Assembly: GCA_937905985.1 (NCBI GenBank)
Contig: CALCWC010000026.1
Span: 24,376 to 88,375 of the forward strand
Reading direction: 5' to 3'
DNA from: an uncultured Verrucomicrobiales bacterium
Lineage (GTDB): Bacteria; Verrucomicrobiota; Verrucomicrobiia; Verrucomicrobiales; Akkermansiaceae
Length of the DNA stretch: 64,000 nucleotides
Shown here one piece after another: positions 62,346 through 64,000 of this stretch. A program made the translations under genes and the position numbers. The notes under the pieces are model-generated. The model was not told the DNA's origin. It saw nothing but the letters and a program-made list of their open reading frames with translations, and ran no database searches. Each line of letters opens with the position of its first letter. Within the stretch, counting starts at the first letter, position 1.

Positions 62346-64000
62346 TTAGCCGTTGTACTTGCCGTAGATGGGTCCGAAGTTCTTGCAGGCGCGGAAGTCT
62401 GCACCTTCGGGGTCTGCGGTGCCGAAGAGGTTCCATGCGGCGGGACGGTAGATGTCCTCCTCGGGCACGTTGTGGGCGTAGACGGGGATGCGGAGCATGG
62501 AAGCCAGGGTGATGATGTCTGCGCCGATGTGGCCGTAGGTCCAGGCGCCGTGGTTGGCACCCATGTTGGCCATGACGGAGTAGACGTCCTTGAAGGCGCC
62601 CTTTCCGGTGAGACGGGGGGCGAACCAGGTGGTGGGCCAACCGGGGTCGGTGCGCTCGTCGAGGGTCTTGTTGACCTCCTCCGGGAGGGAGCAGGTGTAG
62701 CCTTCAGCGATGACGAGCACGGGGCCCTGCCCCTTGACGAGGTTCATGCGGATCATGGTGATGGGCACATCACCCTTGGAGACGAAGTGCAGGGAGTAGC
62801 CGCCGCCGCGGAAGTACTCGCGGTTGGCGGGGCACCAGCAGGAGTTGTCCATCATGGCGTCGATATCTGCCTGGGTGGTCTCGCCGGTCTTCTTCATGCA
62901 GGGCTTGCCGTCCTTGTCGGTGGAGTACATGTTGCCGTCCAGTGCGGTGGAGCCGGAGTTGATGAGGTGCATGATGCCGTTGGCGGCGTGGCCCTCCATG
63001 GTGTGTCCCGTGACGCGCTTGACGGCGGCGGGAGACCAGTAGGTGCGGATATCGGAGAAGCAGGCGGCCTGGCCGGTGAGCTGGTGGAGCAGGAGCATGC
63101 ACACGCCGTTCATGGCATCGTTCTCCGTGGCGAAGGGAATGGCCTCGCGCGGGCCGTTCCAGTCGAAGGTGCTGTTGATGAGGGATTCCGCCATGTCGCC
63201 GTTGGGGTAGAAATCGGTCCAGTGGCGCTGGCCCTGGAAACCGCCGCAGATGGCGTTGAAGCCCAGGCCCTCCTCCTCGCGGTCGATGGTCTTGAGGTAG
63301 GGGTTGCCGTGCATCATGTCGCGGAAGATGATCATCATGAGGATGCTCTCACGCAGCGTGCGCTCCTTGTCCTCCGGGGAGAGGATGAGGTCCGGGCGGT
63401 TGCGCTCCGGGCCGATGTGGACGTAGCGCTTGGCCCACTCCATGGCGAGCTCGAACTCCTTCTCGTCGTAGATCTTGAGCTCCATGCGGCGCTTCACCTC
63501 GGTCATGTCGACGGGCTGGACGCGCATGCCCAGGTAGTCCTCCCAGAAGGGCTGGTCCAGGATGGAGCCGGCAATGCCCATGGCGCAGCCGCCGATGGAG
63601 AGGTAGCCCTTGCCCTTGAGGGTGGCCACGGCGATACCGGCGCGTGCGAAGCGCAGGATCTTCTCCGCCACGTCCTCCGGGATGGAGGTGTCGTCGGCGT
63701 CCTGCACGTCATGCCCGTAGATGGAGAAGGCAGGCACGCCCTTCTGGGCGTAGGCGGCCAGTGCGGCGGCGAGGTAGACGGCGCCGGGGCGCTCCGTGCC
63801 GTTGAAGCCCCAGATGGCCTTGGGGATGCGGTTGTCCGTCTCGAAGGTCTCCGTGATGTAGCACCAGCAGGGAGTGACGATGAGCGAGCAGCCCACGTTG
63901 TTCTCCGCAAACTTCTGGTTGGCGGCGGCGGCCTCTGCGGGACCGCCGATACAGGTGTCGGCGATGACGCACTTGACGGGCTGGCCGTTGGCGTGCTTGA
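62346..64000 (-). CDS. fucI: L-fucose isomerase (C-terminal ~550 codons; 5' end beyond the right window edge)
   Basis: Near-collinear with E. coli FucI: [83 protein letters not shown]. The frame stays open upstream of the ORF-track GTG at 63896 to position 64000 (...[23 protein letters not shown]...). Confidence 0.95.
   Translation of the reverse strand, partial: KHANGQPVKCVIADTCIGGPAEAAAANQKFAENNVGCSLIVTPCWCYITETFETDNRIPKAIWGFNGTERPGAVYLAAALAAYAQKGVPAFSIYGHDVQDADDTSIPEDVAEKILRFARAGIAVATLKGKGYLSIGGCAMGIAGSILDQPFWEDYLGMRVQPVDMTEVKRRMELKIYDEKEFELAMEWAKRYVHIGPERNRPDLILSPEDKERTLRESILMMIIFRDMMHGNPYLKTIDREEEGLGFNAICGGFQGQRHWTDFYPNGDMAESLINSTFDWNGPREAIPFATENDAMNGVCMLLLHQLTGQAACFSDIRTYWSPAAVKRVTGHTMEGHAANGIMHLINSGSTALDGNMYSTDKDGKPCMKKTGETTQADIDAMMDNSCWCPANREYFRGGGYSLHFVSKGDVPITMIRMNLVKGQGPVLVIAEGYTCSLPEEVNKTLDERTDPGWPTTWFAPRLTGKGAFKDVYSVMANMGANHGAWTYGHIGADIITLASMLRIPVYAHNVPEEDIYRPAAWNLFGTADPEGADFRACKNFGPIYGKYNG

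Noticed and set aside
1-64000. I searched for CRISPR arrays, rRNA genes, and integrase, transposase or IS elements.
   Set aside because: I saw no regularly spaced 25-40-bp direct repeats with unique spacers, no rRNA-like sequence, and no ORF with tyrosine/serine recombinase or DDE transposase motifs. The only tandem arrays are the 7-bp and 45-bp repeats reported above.

Overview
GC-rich bacterial chromosome segment. PEP-CTERM-tailed surface proteins, fucI and the str operon fit a Verrucomicrobiota (Akkermansia-like) genome, but that is inference only. Everything was read by hand from the sequence and ORF track; no searches were run and GC statements are by eye. Left half (1-34 kb): housekeeping genes (fusA-rpsG-rpsL, ruvA, acnA, mutS, polyprenyl synthase, an LplT/acyltransferase fusion), four PEP-CTERM proteins (one with an IdeS/Mac-like domain), and a solute-binding protein coupled to a Cache-HAMP-PP2C sensor. 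These are separated by mosaic nested-palindrome repeats and heptamer arrays. Centre (34-42 kb): an exact duplication of tRNA-Gln(CUG) around a decayed AlbA_2/wHTH gene, then addB-addA. Right part (42.5-61.7 kb): a mosaic defence island with no recombinase. It holds a STAS-like/GHKL ATPase, a McrB-like GTPase with a LlaJI/McrC-like nuclease, an AAA+ ATPase/all-ankyrin operon, three copies of an addA-like 3' end plus promoter that delimit cassettes (hsdM remnant + DinD; Abi_2), a complete type I hsdRMS operon, and an AT-rich membrane-anchored KAP NTPase. fucI closes the window. The best candidates for something undescribed are the AAA+/ankyrin pair, the triplicated junction module, the GHKL and KAP accessory genes, and the Cys-to-Ser IdeS-like protein. 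A sigma70-like promoter (TTGNNN-16/17-TAnAAT) recurs upstream of about 18 genes, several so close to the ATG that the mRNAs would be leaderless.
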